A DNA stretch of 61,644 bases, taken from IMG/VR virus record IMGVR_UViG_3300037584_003288, positions 1 through 61,644 of that record, one strand, 5' to 3'. The notes beneath the pieces were generated by a model. That model was given only the letters and a program-made list of their open reading frames with translations, did no database searches and was not told the origin of the DNA. Shown here piece by piece: positions 26,634 to 39,400 of this stretch. The DNA is from a virus (Duplodnaviria; Caudoviricetes). Positions within the stretch are counted from its first letter, which is position 1; each line of letters starts with the position of its first letter. The position numbers were made by a program, and so were the translations under genes.

Positions 26634-26886
26634 TGTCTCCGACAAGACAGGACTCAAAACTGCTGTCCGATACCACAACACCAACATAGTAGAGTTCACA
26701 CCTACATCTGTTACCCTGAACTCCGGTGGGTGGGACACCGCTACCACCAAGCGTAGGATGAACGAAGTATCCTGCCAGTATAACCTAGACTTCTGGGTTA
26801 GTCAGGAGAACTTCAAGTGGTGGGTAAGTGTAGGCCCTTCCGGTAAACCAATCCCATTCAAAGACGGAATGACTTTCCCAAGATAA
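26578..26886 (+). CDS. Conserved phage early hypothetical protein
   Basis: YH.T.IV....TL.SGGW.T.TTK.RMN motif, common in phage early regions. Confidence 0.7.
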   Translation: MKAILPNPFSGKAATTVFDVSDKTGLKTAVRYHNTNIVEFTPTSVTLNSGGWDTATTKRRMNEVSCQYNLDFWVSQENFKWWVSVGPSGKPIPFKDGMTFPR

Positions 26887-26891
26887 TACAT

Positions 26892-27194
26892 ATGAAAACA
26901 AAAATAAATACAGAGGTGGTCGAAGTAAATGACATCACCGTCAAACTACAATCGAAGCCTGACAACGAAGCCGTCAACGGGTGGTCCGTAATCGCCTACC
27001 TACCCGACTTCTCAATTAGATCTAAAGCTCTACACAACAGAGTAAAGCTAGACAGATTTATAATGACAATAATTATAGCTGCGGGCTACCACTTTCATGA
27101 GTTGGTAGACGACGGCAGTCGGGTAGCCGCACAAGCGGAACAGGATATAGATGAGCTTATAGCTGCGTGTAAGAGACTGATGCCTACGTTATGA
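26892..27194 (+). CDS. Hypothetical protein
   Basis: 100-aa ORF, ATGA overlap with the next gene. Confidence 0.6.
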   Translation: MKTKINTEVVEVNDITVKLQSKPDNEAVNGWSVIAYLPDFSIRSKALHNRVKLDRFIMTIIIAAGYHFHELVDDGSRVAAQAEQDIDELIAACKRLMPTL

Positions 27195-27421
27195 TCCACA
27201 TGGTTCGTGAGTTTCTACCCAATGGTATGCCCATCATGATAGACGGGGTGGTAGAGGGGGATAGAGTATCCCCCGCTTCTGCCCGCATCTTCCCCCTCAG
27301 TGTGGGGGAAGATGAACCGTCTGTGATTGGCACACCCTTCTATTGTTTCAACGACCCAGATGATCTGGGGCAGAAGATAGCAGACCGATTAACCAAGGTT
27401 TATGAATCCTCTAATCTTTAA
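27191..27421 (+). CDS. Hypothetical protein
   Basis: 76 aa, last gene of the early block, converges on the giant gene. Confidence 0.6.
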   Translation: MIHMVREFLPNGMPIMIDGVVEGDRVSPASARIFPLSVGEDEPSVIGTPFYCFNDPDDLGQKIADRLTKVYESSNL

Positions 27422-30400
27422 GGTCGGTAATCCTCTTACCTGTTTCTGGATCAGTGAACCGATGCTTGGGGCCAAACTTCTGGAGGGCTGCTTGAAATCT
27501 TCTGAACCGGTCAGCCATAAATTCTTTATCGTCCATTAAGAATCTTCGCTGCGCTTGCAAGCTAGGGATATACCTTTCGGTAGCCCCATACTTCACAATA
27601 CCTAAGCTCCGAGCATCGCCTACGCCCGCCCGCTTTAGCATCACTCTTACGTTCTGATCGTTAAGACCAAATTGCTCGAAACTCTTCGCGGTCTCAACTA
27701 ACCGTATCAACTCTTGATCACTCTTGAGGCGGTTATCAACCACTCGTTTAGCCATACGTTCTATTTCAAGGTCGCCTTCCGGCCCCGACAAAGAAGCAGA
27801 ACCGTCAGCTAAATCATTGAACGTATCGTTTACCAGTTGGGTACGCTCATCGTTAAGCCTTCGTGCCGCTTTACGTATTGCTTCCCCCAGTCGTACTTCT
27901 CTTGGAGATGCTGGAGCAATTATCTGTGTGATCGTCTCTTGTAAAGAGACCCGAAGGTCTTGGTCATCTGCATTCTGCAAGTCATAGTACTGACGCAAAC
28001 GACGAATATTACCCGGCTCAACTAGACGCTCAGCCGTTCTCTTAAGAATACCCATGAGTCTTTCAGCCCCCTCATCAGACTCCTTAAAACTTTTACCATC
28101 TTCGTTGGCTATTACTTCATCGATCGTGGCTTTCATAAACCCATCGTTAAAGAATCTCTTTAAGTAGCCCCCAAACAGATTGGTCATCGCGGTTTTGTAG
28201 TCGCCACGCATGAGTTCCAAGACCCCCGACGTCATCCCATCAAACACTGGAGAAGCCGCGTTGATGTAGGTTAGATCTACCGCATACAATTTACCCTTTT
28301 CAAAGTCTCCCATGAATCCGAACAATGTCTTCGCTAACCCACCCGGCAGGTAGATGTACCTGTTTAACTTACCCCATGGCGGGGCTGCTTCTTTGAGAAG
28401 TTCCTCCTCTTCATCGGTAGGGTTTATTCCCAGCAACATCGCTGAAGCAACCGGCAAACCTACTGATATTCCTCCGTGTACTGTGACAGCAGATGCTAAT
28501 CTCTTCGCACCTCGTGCCGAGATTACAGGGTTCTCACTAGCCATCTCTTCTTTAGGGATAGCCGCAACTTGATTGTAAACAATTCTGAACTGGTCTAACC
28601 AGAAAGATAGGAACGGATCCATGTGGAACGCGTTGAACTTCCTGAGAGCCTTCGCCGAGATAGGAGCTTCGGAGTAAGTTGGAGCCATGGCCCGAACTTT
28701 ACGAGCGGCATCAAACTCCATCTGCTCATCCGTCATAGTAAGAAACCCAGTATCAACACCGTTGTCGATGTCGTACTGCTTCGCTTTCTTTATCGCGTCC
28801 AGCTCTGTGTCAAACATGGCTATCTTAGTAGCCGAGTCAATCCCCTGCGCCACACTCGCCAGCCTCCGAAGAATAACGCCCGGTACAAACGCTCCCGCCT
28901 TCCCTATTTTAATAAGACCTTTCTTAATTAGCCCCTGCTCAGTCATGTCTTTATTCGTAAGAGACATGAGATCCCTTGTGGCATCATAAAATATACCGTA
29001 AGGGTTCGACTGGTTGTCACTAGACAACTGGTTAATGTAGCCAAGTTCTATCTGTCCTTGATCAATCCCCAACCGCTGCAACAAAACACTACGCTCAGTT
29101 CTATAGCGTGGGTCTTTTATTAAGAACCCAGATCGAGCAGCCGCTTTAACAAACTCAGCCATCATTCTCGCGGGGTTTACTAAGTTAGCCAACCCGTATG
29201 AAGTTAGAGCCGTAAGTGTGTTACGTATATGATACGCAGGTATGTTAGCCACCGTCTTAGAAAGCATGAACAAAGAGTTCAGTTTCAAGTAAGCATTCAC
29301 TAAATGTGCAGCACCCAAGATTAAAGGACGCATAGCCGTAGATCTATCTGCGGCAGAGAATAAAGTAGTAGCGACGTTCCCTCGGGACACGCCTTGGAAA
29401 ATCTTAAGTGATCTGTACAGCTCCTCGGGAACATACATATCAAAGGTCGGATCAAACACTCCCTGCAATCCTTGGCCCTTCTGCTCTTCGGATATAGGTT
29501 TGAGACGATCTCCTGTCTTTAGATGCACATATGGTTTTGCATCCGGTTTCGTGAGCCCTGCTTCCTCAGCCTGCTTAAACGTAAACACAAAAGCATCTTT
29601 CATGTTCCCATCTTTCACTCCCCCTATCTCGATGAGGTCATTCAGGAAACCAATAGACTCAGCCATACGGATCTGGTTCGACACCGTAGCGAAGAGAGAC
29701 GTCAATCCCTGCTCACTAAATGAGCCATCGTCTGTTTGCTCCAGTCCAAACTGTCCCAGTAGATAACGAACGCCTTCATCTATGTCACCCTTTGCTCTCA
29801 GGTTATCCACCTGAACCTTTGTAATGGCAGCCACTCCTGCTCCCTGCTCCTTTTTGATCTTAGCGATGTTAATTCTGTCCGCTTTCTTTGTAGCAATGTC
29901 CCTGACGTTCTCAAGAAACGTGTTCATGGACTCAAGACCACCGCCCTTTTTGGCAACAGATAGTTCGGCACGGCGCGTCACTTCCTCACTAAACTCTTTC
30001 TTCGAGAGTTTCTTTAACGCTTTCGCTTCCGATTCTTTTGCCGCGTCTGAGAACTTAGCGCCCTTTTCAAGGCTCTCAACCAGAGCGTCCATGCCCTTGC
30101 GTTCTATTTTCTTCTGGGCTTTGAGTAGTTGAGCTTCAAAGAATGGCATCGCCGCATCTCTGCGAGCTTGGAACTTGCCCCCTTCCTTCATCACCTCATT
30201 CAAATAAGCAATGTCATTGTATATACGATAGCCTCTGGTCAGGTAGATCCCCAAGCTCCTATCAAAGATAAGCTCAATCTTGGAACCATCTCTGTCTCCA
30301 AGACGATAGTTCTCAGATATAAGCTTACTCAGCCCGTCAATACTTGCTCTTACTTTCTTGATGGTTGAGACAACTTCAGAACCTCCCTGCTCTTCCAAGA

Positions 30401-33400
30401 ACTCAATCGCCTCCTGTTGCTTGACTCTGAAATCGCGAACCTTGTTCATCTGAAGCTGGCTAAGAACTCTGTCTTCCAGTGTCAGCTTCATGTTAGCAAT
30501 AGCAGCAGGACTAATGTGTTCGGCGGGCCTTTTGTTTGCCCTTACTTCAGCCCTAACTTTATTTACTACAGATCTACGGTTCGCCTTTACACGCTTCACA
30601 GTTTCGCTGTCCACCTTAAGAGTGTCGGTTGTACCCGCCGCAGTATTCAGAGCCGTGAGTATTTCAGCAGTAGGCTCTTTCCCAAACGCTTTCCGCAGGC
30701 TCTTCTCCATCTCACGCATGTCTGATTTCAGTAGCGCGTTGATAGATTCAGACCATCGCTCGTAGTCTCTCAATATACGAGTTACTCTTGGGTCCATCTT
30801 GTAGCCCATTAACGTAGAGATTCCTTTAGAAGGAACCCACTTACCATTCTCGTAGAGGTGGCCTACTCTTATAGACTCAGTAATTTTGTGCCTAAGAAAC
30901 TCTTCTGCTTTCTGAGAACCCTCTCCGTTACTAATGTCAGTAGCATCCTGAAATGCGCGCATCGCTCGGTTAATTCCTCTGTCTGGGTCAGCGGGATCAA
31001 ACGATGTATCTATATCAACCGACATTCCCAGAGCCTCTAGCTCTCCGTCTTGGAGAATCTTAAGGCTTTGGTGTATGCGCTGCACCATAGCCCTGTACTT
31101 AGGATAGTGAATATCATCGCTAACTCCCACACCGATATCAGATAAACGTCTAACTACCTTGTTAAATATCCCAAGAAGCTGTCTCTTGACCAACTTCATC
31201 AGCAGAGGTCGAGAAGGATCATATTCAAGATTTGACTCGCCTTCCATGGCTACGTCTTCGGTGGCCCGACCCGATTTTATTCTTCGTTGCACCTCCAGTC
31301 TAAGTCCCTCAGATAGTGCGTTTGTTCTGGCTATGCGGTCACCGGCTCTTACTGCCTCAACCCTTTCTTTTCCTTCGGTTATATATGGGTCGTCGGTACG
31401 CATACCTAACTTCTCGTACCTCCGCATGTGTCGCGGACTAATCCGCTGATACTCTTCCATCATGTCGGCTAACCCGTCGTCGCCTAACTCTTCAAAGATT
31501 GCCCTTCTTTCCGCTTTAGTTATAACTAACTTCTCAACTGCGTGAATAACTTCTTCACTAACTATAGCTTCTAGTTCGTCCTTTATCTGGAACGCTTTGG
31601 CGCGTGCCCTCCTTTTAATAATGTTACGATTTGATCTTTCGTTAAAGAAAAGACTCCCCGCAGAAAACTTCTTTACGGGCACCTCATCAGACATAGCTAG
31701 TTGGTCTAGCGCGCTATCAAGCCCATACTCATCTATCATGTTGTCTATAACAAAGACAACAGTAGGAACTGGAGAACCCTCAACTTTATCCGGTTGCGGA
31801 GCTTTCCTCCCAGTGCTGACGGCATAAGCTATCTCGTCGGTTACAAAATCTTCAGGATAGTGAGGAAGAGGATCTCCTTTGTCTACATACACAACACGAA
31901 TACCACTTGGAACCTGTCTATCTACCTCATTTTTGATTAGTCTTTCGGTAATCAAACGAGACTGCCGTCTTCTAAGAGAGTCGATCAATATCCCTATGGG
32001 TGGTCTTCTGGTTCCGTCTATCGAAAAGGTTGGGGCTTCCGAATCTTCCTTTAGCTCGCTTATTTTACGGCTGTACTCCTGATATAAATCAAACTCTGCT
32101 GTTGCTTGCCCAAAGAAAGTTCGTGCGCCTCGCGTAAGATTAAGTGGATCTTCCACAGTCTGCGGGCTCCCCAACACTCCCATAACTAAGTCTCCTGTCC
32201 GCCTCCTAATAATATTATCTTGTTCTACAAGGGCTTGTACTTGAGCAATAACAAAGTCCTGCTCTTCATCTGGAGATACAGTGTACTCATCGGCTCCACG
32301 AGCTTGAGTAAAATCAAACACCGCTTGAATAGCTTCCACCGCATCGCGCTCCACAGCCGTCTCGCGACCGAAAAGCTTCGCGAGTAAGTCCATGAAGCGT
32401 TGGAACAAGCTCCTGTTTTCCACAGCAACTTTACGTGTAGCAAATTGGAAAGAAGAAGAACTAATCATAGTTGTGTAGTACTCCTCAAAACCTCTCGCTC
32501 TGGAAAGGATCACATCCCCCGTCATACCCAACGGTACCGCTAAGTCTAGATCTGCCTGATCCCCAGTTGGGGATAATTCACCTCCGGCTAAAGAACCAAA
32601 ACCAGTGGCAAAAGTAAGGGGACGACCACTAGGATTTACGTCGTATAATCTAAGTCCCGTAACAGGATCTACAATAGAAGATTGATCTGCCACACCTTTT
32701 CTAAAATCCTCGGTTGGCTGTGAGCGAGGACCAGAACGAACAACTCTTCTACCCGTGCCAAACACATAATCCATCAAAGGATCGGCTACCCCACGCTTCT
32801 TTGCTTTAAGCCACTGATCTCGTGCTTTCTCATAGACTACCTGCATTTGCTTACGTGCAGCTCTTTGCTGTGGTGTAAGTTCATCATCAGGAGCTGTCAT
32901 TAGCTTAGCGAAAACAGCGTGACCAGCCTCATGTAAAATCGTCGAAGCCACACCCTCTCCGTATCTACCATTCAGGTTCAGGTAGATCGTGTTCGTCTCA
33001 GAATCATAACTCCCCGCATAATGCGTTGCCCCCTGCACAATTTTAAATTCAGTGCCAACACCAAGGTACGACTCAAAAGTAAGCAGCAATCTCGCAAACG
33101 ATTTTAGTCGTGGGTCGTAAGACTCCCCGAACTTATCAGGGTTAGACTCCGCGATCATAGTTATCGCTCTAGTAAGGGAACTACTGTCTCCGTCCACAAG
33201 CCCAAGCTTGTTTACCTCCGCTCGGTTTAAGTTACTCACCGCCCTTTGATGCTCCGCGCTGATAAACGAAGGGGCATTATTCTTCCGCGCAACTCTCTCC
33301 AGTTTAACTATTGTGGCGATCTGATCGAGACTTACGTCCCCGATAGATTTATTCGCCCCCTCAAAAGCGTCCCCTAGTAAATCAAACGTACCCTCTACGC

Positions 33401-36400
33401 CTCCGTTGATTGTTGATACTAGATCTGAAGACAAGAGTTCCGCTAAAGCAAAAAAAGCGTCGGGCTCTCCTTGAGCAGCCGTCGCAAAGCTTGTCAGAAA
33501 CTGTTTACGCAGCTTTACAAGCCGCGCTCTTGAGTCTTCTGGAAGATCAACCGCACTCAAAAGACTTTCTCGTAACTCTATATACGTATCTTCAAGCGTT
33601 GCCTGCGGTAGCAGGTCTACGACATCTTCATTCACCCCCGCGAAGAAGCCTTCCAAAGCAGCAGCAACCCCTTCGTTTGCATTCAGAAGTGCAATAAATC
33701 TAGTATAGATACCCTGCTTTACCGCGAACGCGTTGGGAATCTCCCTAAGTTGACGATCTGCTTCACGAGCTTCTCCAGAAACACTCTTTGTCGTCTCGGC
33801 CACTTTAGCTCCCATTGCAAGGCCCGTATCCTCAGGGGGGCGTGAGTCATCGTCTTGACTCTGAGCGCCATTCGCCATTCCGCGAGCGTCCACATTAGCA
33901 TAGACAGACTTAGCGCGGTCTACTTGCAGTTTAATAAGATCACGAGATGGGTTGTACAGATTAGGAACGCTCCGCTGAAGAGTTTCTTCAGCCGCCCCCT
34001 TGTTTCTCCCCTTCTCGCTCGCCCTAACTTGCTGAGCTATGCGGTTTAGAATAAACTCAACCACATCTAAATCCTCGTCGGCCTTCTTGGCTTCAAGTAT
34101 CTGTGACTTTTTAGCGATTGGTTCGCCCATAAGAAACTCAGACAAAGCGAACGCAGCCGCGCCGCGCCCACTTGTTACAGAAACATCTTCCCCAACCATT
34201 GACCGGAAGTTCTCTAGAGCCTTTTTAAAGGTCGGGTTGTTCTCAGTTTCTCCAGAAATATCTACGCTTGGAGACACCACGGAAGCTACTACGTCTGCAT
34301 CGCTTTGACCCTCGCTTTTACTCGCTAAAGCTTGAAGAATTGCCACTTCGACCGCCGCTCTTTGGGCTCTAGCATATAGACCCATAAGATAAATCTGTCG
34401 TATTGATTGTTCAGACTGATCTAATTCGGGGTCTGGCATTCCTGTAACAAAAGCTACTTTGTCTGAAGTAAGTGGGAGCTGAAGATTTTGGTTTTGATTA
34501 AACCAGTCAGTAAACAGTTCCAAGTACTCCTCTATTGATACGTCTTGAGGAAAATATTTAGGGGGAGTCTTTCCTGTCTCAGGGTCTACAAGATTATCCA
34601 GAGTTAGGTTTGTCCTCAAAGGAGTGTTGCTTTTAACAAACTCCATCAGATTAGCAGCCTTCTCTACAATTCGAGTCGTAATAGTTTCTGGGTTGGCTAC
34701 AAATGCTCGGCCCTTGTTGCCGAGAATACTAACTTCGCTACTTAGATCACTGCCGACAGGATAGTATATGTCATACACTTCACGCGTATCCTGCGACAGC
34801 GTTGTCCCCCCACGGTCTCCTCTAAAGGTCTTGTTAATCTGAGCTGAACTAAACCCTACGGGAATTGGAATAGACAAATGGCCCGTCGCGCTCATCGCCT
34901 TTTGCATAACCCGAGGGTCATTATTAAAGAGAATCACCTGCTCGTTAGGTCTATTGCCCTCCCCGTTATCAAATATACCTCCGTCAATATCGTTGATAAG
35001 GTATATCTTGCTAGACCCAAACTTATATTTAGAATCTACGACGGTAGCCCACTGGCGATCTGTAACAACAATCCCAATCTCTTCAAGTTGCTCTCGCGCC
35101 TTTTGCTTTCCTTCCATACCGAGAATAGGAAACTCTTTGTTTACCTCTTCTCGTATTTCATTAGAAACAGAACCCTTGTCTTTTGCGCTCAGTCCCAAAG
35201 AGTTTGGGACTCCCATAACAGCTACCGGCGCTTCTTTCTCAGACCGAGCTTTGAGCGCGCCCGAAGCAATCATGTTCTGCACAAAGTTCTCCCGTGACGG
35301 GTCAGAAGCAGGTGGATCTGAATCCTGATCCGGGTCTCCTGATTCAGGCTCGGGTTCCAAAGGCTCTTCTGCTTTTGCTACTTTCTTCGCGGCCTTCTTA
35401 GCTTTCTTCTTTGCAGTCTTTTTCTTCGTAGTTTTCTTCTTAGCCGCTGCTGCTCTTTGCTCCGCTAGACGGTCACGCTCTAGCTGCGCTTGCACCTGCT
35501 CCTCTAATTCCAGCAGACGTTTATTCTCCCCGCTAATTTCTTCGCGGCGCTTGTTCATAGACTGAAACGACTTCAGAACATCTACCAAAGAACGCAAAAG
35601 CGTAAGCTCTTGCTGTCTAGCGGTTCGTTCTACTGTTTCGGCTGTCTCAAACTCCGTCTCTTTCGCGCCAACAAGAAGCTCTACATCAGAGATCAAAGCT
35701 GTGTTTGGAACCTCGGTAAAATACTTACCACCCAGTTTCCTACCCTGTCTCCCACCGCCCGCTTTGTATGCCTTAGTTCCTTTCCGGCTTTGTGCTTCGT
35801 GTAGTGAGTCGAGTTCTTCTCTTACTTCATCCAACTTTATTTGAAGAGTCCCTTCAAAAGATTCTATTCTTCTAAGGTCCTCGACCTGCCCAACATCACG
35901 GCGGATAGATTGCATTACCCTGTCCACAAACAAGCCAGCTTCAATCTCAAGTTGTTCGTCAGTTCTACGCTGACCTAAAGGCCGCTGCGCCTCATTAAAT
36001 TTTAACCTTTCAAATACGCCTAAAATAAGCTGCTCCTTGTCAGTCACACTAATAACAGATTCACCCGAACCAGAAGGCTGCTTGTTACCGAGCGCCCCCT
36101 CTTCCAGAGTCTCTTGGATAGACGCCTCTATCTTATCCCCATCCGCTGTGCTTAAGTTCTGCTCGGCCTTTTCCTCCGTAACTCCAGTCTCAAGCTGTTC
36201 AATCAGATAGTCTCTCGCCTCCTTTAGAACACTTTGACTATCTTTATCTCCTTCGATCTTGGCCTTCTCTATCTTATAGTGTTCCCGCACAAACCCAATC
36301 GCCGCCGCACGCTCGTCAACTGACGCAGCTTCAGGGTCGTTAATCGCGTTGATAACATCTTCAGCTATTGAAGAGAGACCAAGTACACCAAGGTAATTAC

Positions 36401-39400
36401 GGGTGTTGTCTTCTTGCAGTTGTTCATCTGACTGATCTGCCTTTTTTGTTTCTTCAGTAGAAGTTTCTTCAGACTGCTCGCCTAAGAGTGTGCGTTCAGT
36501 AAGTAAACCCGCCTGCTCGTTTCTTAAGGATTCTTTTTCAGCATCCGTTTCGGCCAAAGCCAGTTTTATCTGCGTCTCAACAATTTGTTGATCCACATCG
36601 CTAAGCCTCTCTTGGGCTCCGATGCCTTTTTCTTTACGCTCCTGATCGCGCTCAGCAAGTCTCTGCCTTACCACAGCTTCGGGCTCAGACCTCGCTGCAA
36701 CTTCCAACGAAGCGAGAATTTCCTCCACAGTTGCTGCGGTTTCAGGACTACCGGTTCGCTCAAGCTTAGCCTTAAGCTCTTTCTCTACCTTACGAGCTAT
36801 CTTAGGAAGAGTTTCCCGAGTCACACTCTCGTCAGACTGTCGCGAAGTAACAACCTTACCTGCTAATTTGCCAGCCGCCGGAAGACCGCCACCAAGAATA
36901 GCTCCAAAAGCGGCCCCCATCCCACCTTCTTTCAGACGGTCCATAAAAGGCCGATCCCAGTCATCAGCCGAGGTAAACTCCATTGCTTTTGAGCGGGCGT
37001 ACGTGTTTAGAAAAGCGTCTAGCCCCTCTTGCAGAGCTTCTACGCCAGCGCCTTTAGCAACAGGGCCTTTTAAGAAGGCATATTTAAGACCCCTACCAAC
37101 GACTTTCTCTATTACGTCTCCCGTGAATTGCTTGAATCCAACATACTTTCTGCCCCGCAGCTTTTCAAAAACACGACGCACTTGTTGTACAGTTGCGCCG
37201 CCTGTTACCCAGTCTTCCAGACCACCCAGCCCGATGCGCTGAAGCCCAACAACAGTCGCCACTGTGATAAGACCACCAATAGTAGCCCCACCAAAAGCTC
37301 GGTCATGGATCTCGTCTGCCGTAAGAGGTTTGCCATCAGGTCCTGTAGCCCCTTGAAGAGACATATAGATATCCCCATAAGTGTGCGAAGAAGATCTTAG
37401 AAAAGCAGGAGCTGCAATCGCGGGGTACTGCGAGCGTTTAAGACCCACACTAATTCCTTTAAGAGCATCCATGGCAGCTCTTCCTCTCGTCGATATAGTA
37501 TCCCCCATCAGCACACTAGAGCCACGAGAAGCTTGTGGAGTAATGGTGGGCCTAGTTAGCTTCGGAGTTCCTAACAATTCATCCGCTTTCTTTCCGGCCT
37601 TTTTAACCGATGGAAGCTTCTTAATGTAGCCTTTAGCTATCGCTTTCTGTAAAGATCTCTCGGCTGTATCCTCGGCCCCTTCTTTAAGAATGTTTCTCAA
37701 ACCAAACCCAAACAAACTTTGGGCGTAGGCTTTAGAAGTAGCTGCATACCCCGACTTAGCCAGAGCAGAAGAAGCTACTGCGGTAGTAGCCAAACCTCCC
37801 GTAGGTGCTGCGAGCACAAACGAAGCTCCGATGTCGATTATAAGAGGAACCGCCATGGTTGATAGCATGTCCCCATAAGTTTGATTGCGGCCAAACATAG
37901 CCGCCAGTGCCCGATTAGCTTCACGCTCTCTCGCGCTATTGGTTATTATGTCTATCCCAAACTTTTCTGCATCGGTGCGGTCCCTTTCAAAAGTTCCTTC
38001 CGAATAAAAACTTACCGCGTCTCCCACAAGAGAGCCCGCAAACATACTTAAAGACCCCACTAAATCAGCAGCTCCTTGAGCCGCTGACTGACCTACCCGA
38101 TTGAACCAATTTCTTCCTGACTCGGTGTCGAGCCAACTTGCCATTGTTTCAAGTCGGAAAGGTTGAACATTAGAAGAGTCTCTTAACATATCAGGAGTTA
38201 AGCTAGACTTGTCCAGTAGTTCGGGCGGACCTACCTCTCCACTTTCCGGCGTCTTGTAAAGAGGCAAAGAATCTACTGCCTTCGTTACGTGCTCATTCCA
38301 CGAATCTCGAATATCTGCTGTCGAGTTCTTGATAGTTTCAATAAACGAATCGTAATTACTATCCAAGTAATTCAGTCGCTTAAGACGTAGACTTTCTTTC
38401 GTAGTCCCAAGTTCTTCGGCTTTCTCTAAGAGCGTCTCAAAATCTTTTTTAACAACGTAGAGTTGTGGGTGGATAATCTTCTCCCCAAACTCAGTTGTGT
38501 AAATGTTATTAGCTATCCTTGAAGCTGAGTCTTTAGACAAAGCTTTTTCGTCTTGTCTCAAGAGACGAGTTTTTGCAGCGTGATAAGGCATCAATGATGC
38601 CCCCGCTGCCATTTCATACGCGGTTGACTGAAGAGCCTGCCCAATAACTTCGTCACTCAAATGAGAAGCTGACCCTTCGTAGATGTCTCTGAAGACTTCT
38701 ATAGCTGCGGTAAAATCTTGATTAACAAGTTCTCCCCTTTTGTTTTTAACCAATTCTGTTTGGCCCAAGAAAGATCCCTGAGGGGTAGTAACAAAAGGAA
38801 CAACGTCGCTTTCCCCCGCTTCGGTATGTGTCAAAGAAACTTGCTTCATCAAGTTACTCAACTGACCAGACATTTTGGATTGCGGCCCCCCAGACTCTTC
38901 TACATCGCTCTGACGAAGAGCGGTAAATATCATCTGCCGCGCTTGATAGTAGTTCCCCTCTTTCAGAGATCTTCGTTTGTCGCCCTCAAGAAGTCTTCCT
39001 TTATCTAATGCGTCCGCCGCAAAATCTTTAAACCTAGGATCTATTAACCCTTCTCTAACTGAGATGTTAAGAGCTTCTTCTTTTCTGTCGTCAGGAATAT
39101 CATCCGCGAAAAGAAAGTTGGCGCGGGACTCCCCAGTATCAGGGTCAGTAAAAGGCACTTGTATCACAGCCGCACCAAGCTGTTTCTGCATCAGCTTCTT
39201 AAACTCCGGCCACATTTCTTCAGCGTATGCCGACATCAGAGGCGTAAATCTGTCGACGTATGCCTGCTCTTCTTCTGTAACTGTCCACAACTCAGGAAAA
39301 TCATCTGCTTCACTGCGGAATACGGCTTTCCCATCAACGTAGTTCAACTTCGTTGTTGGCTTCCTCTTATTAGGACCACTGATCTTATCAATCTTGTCCT

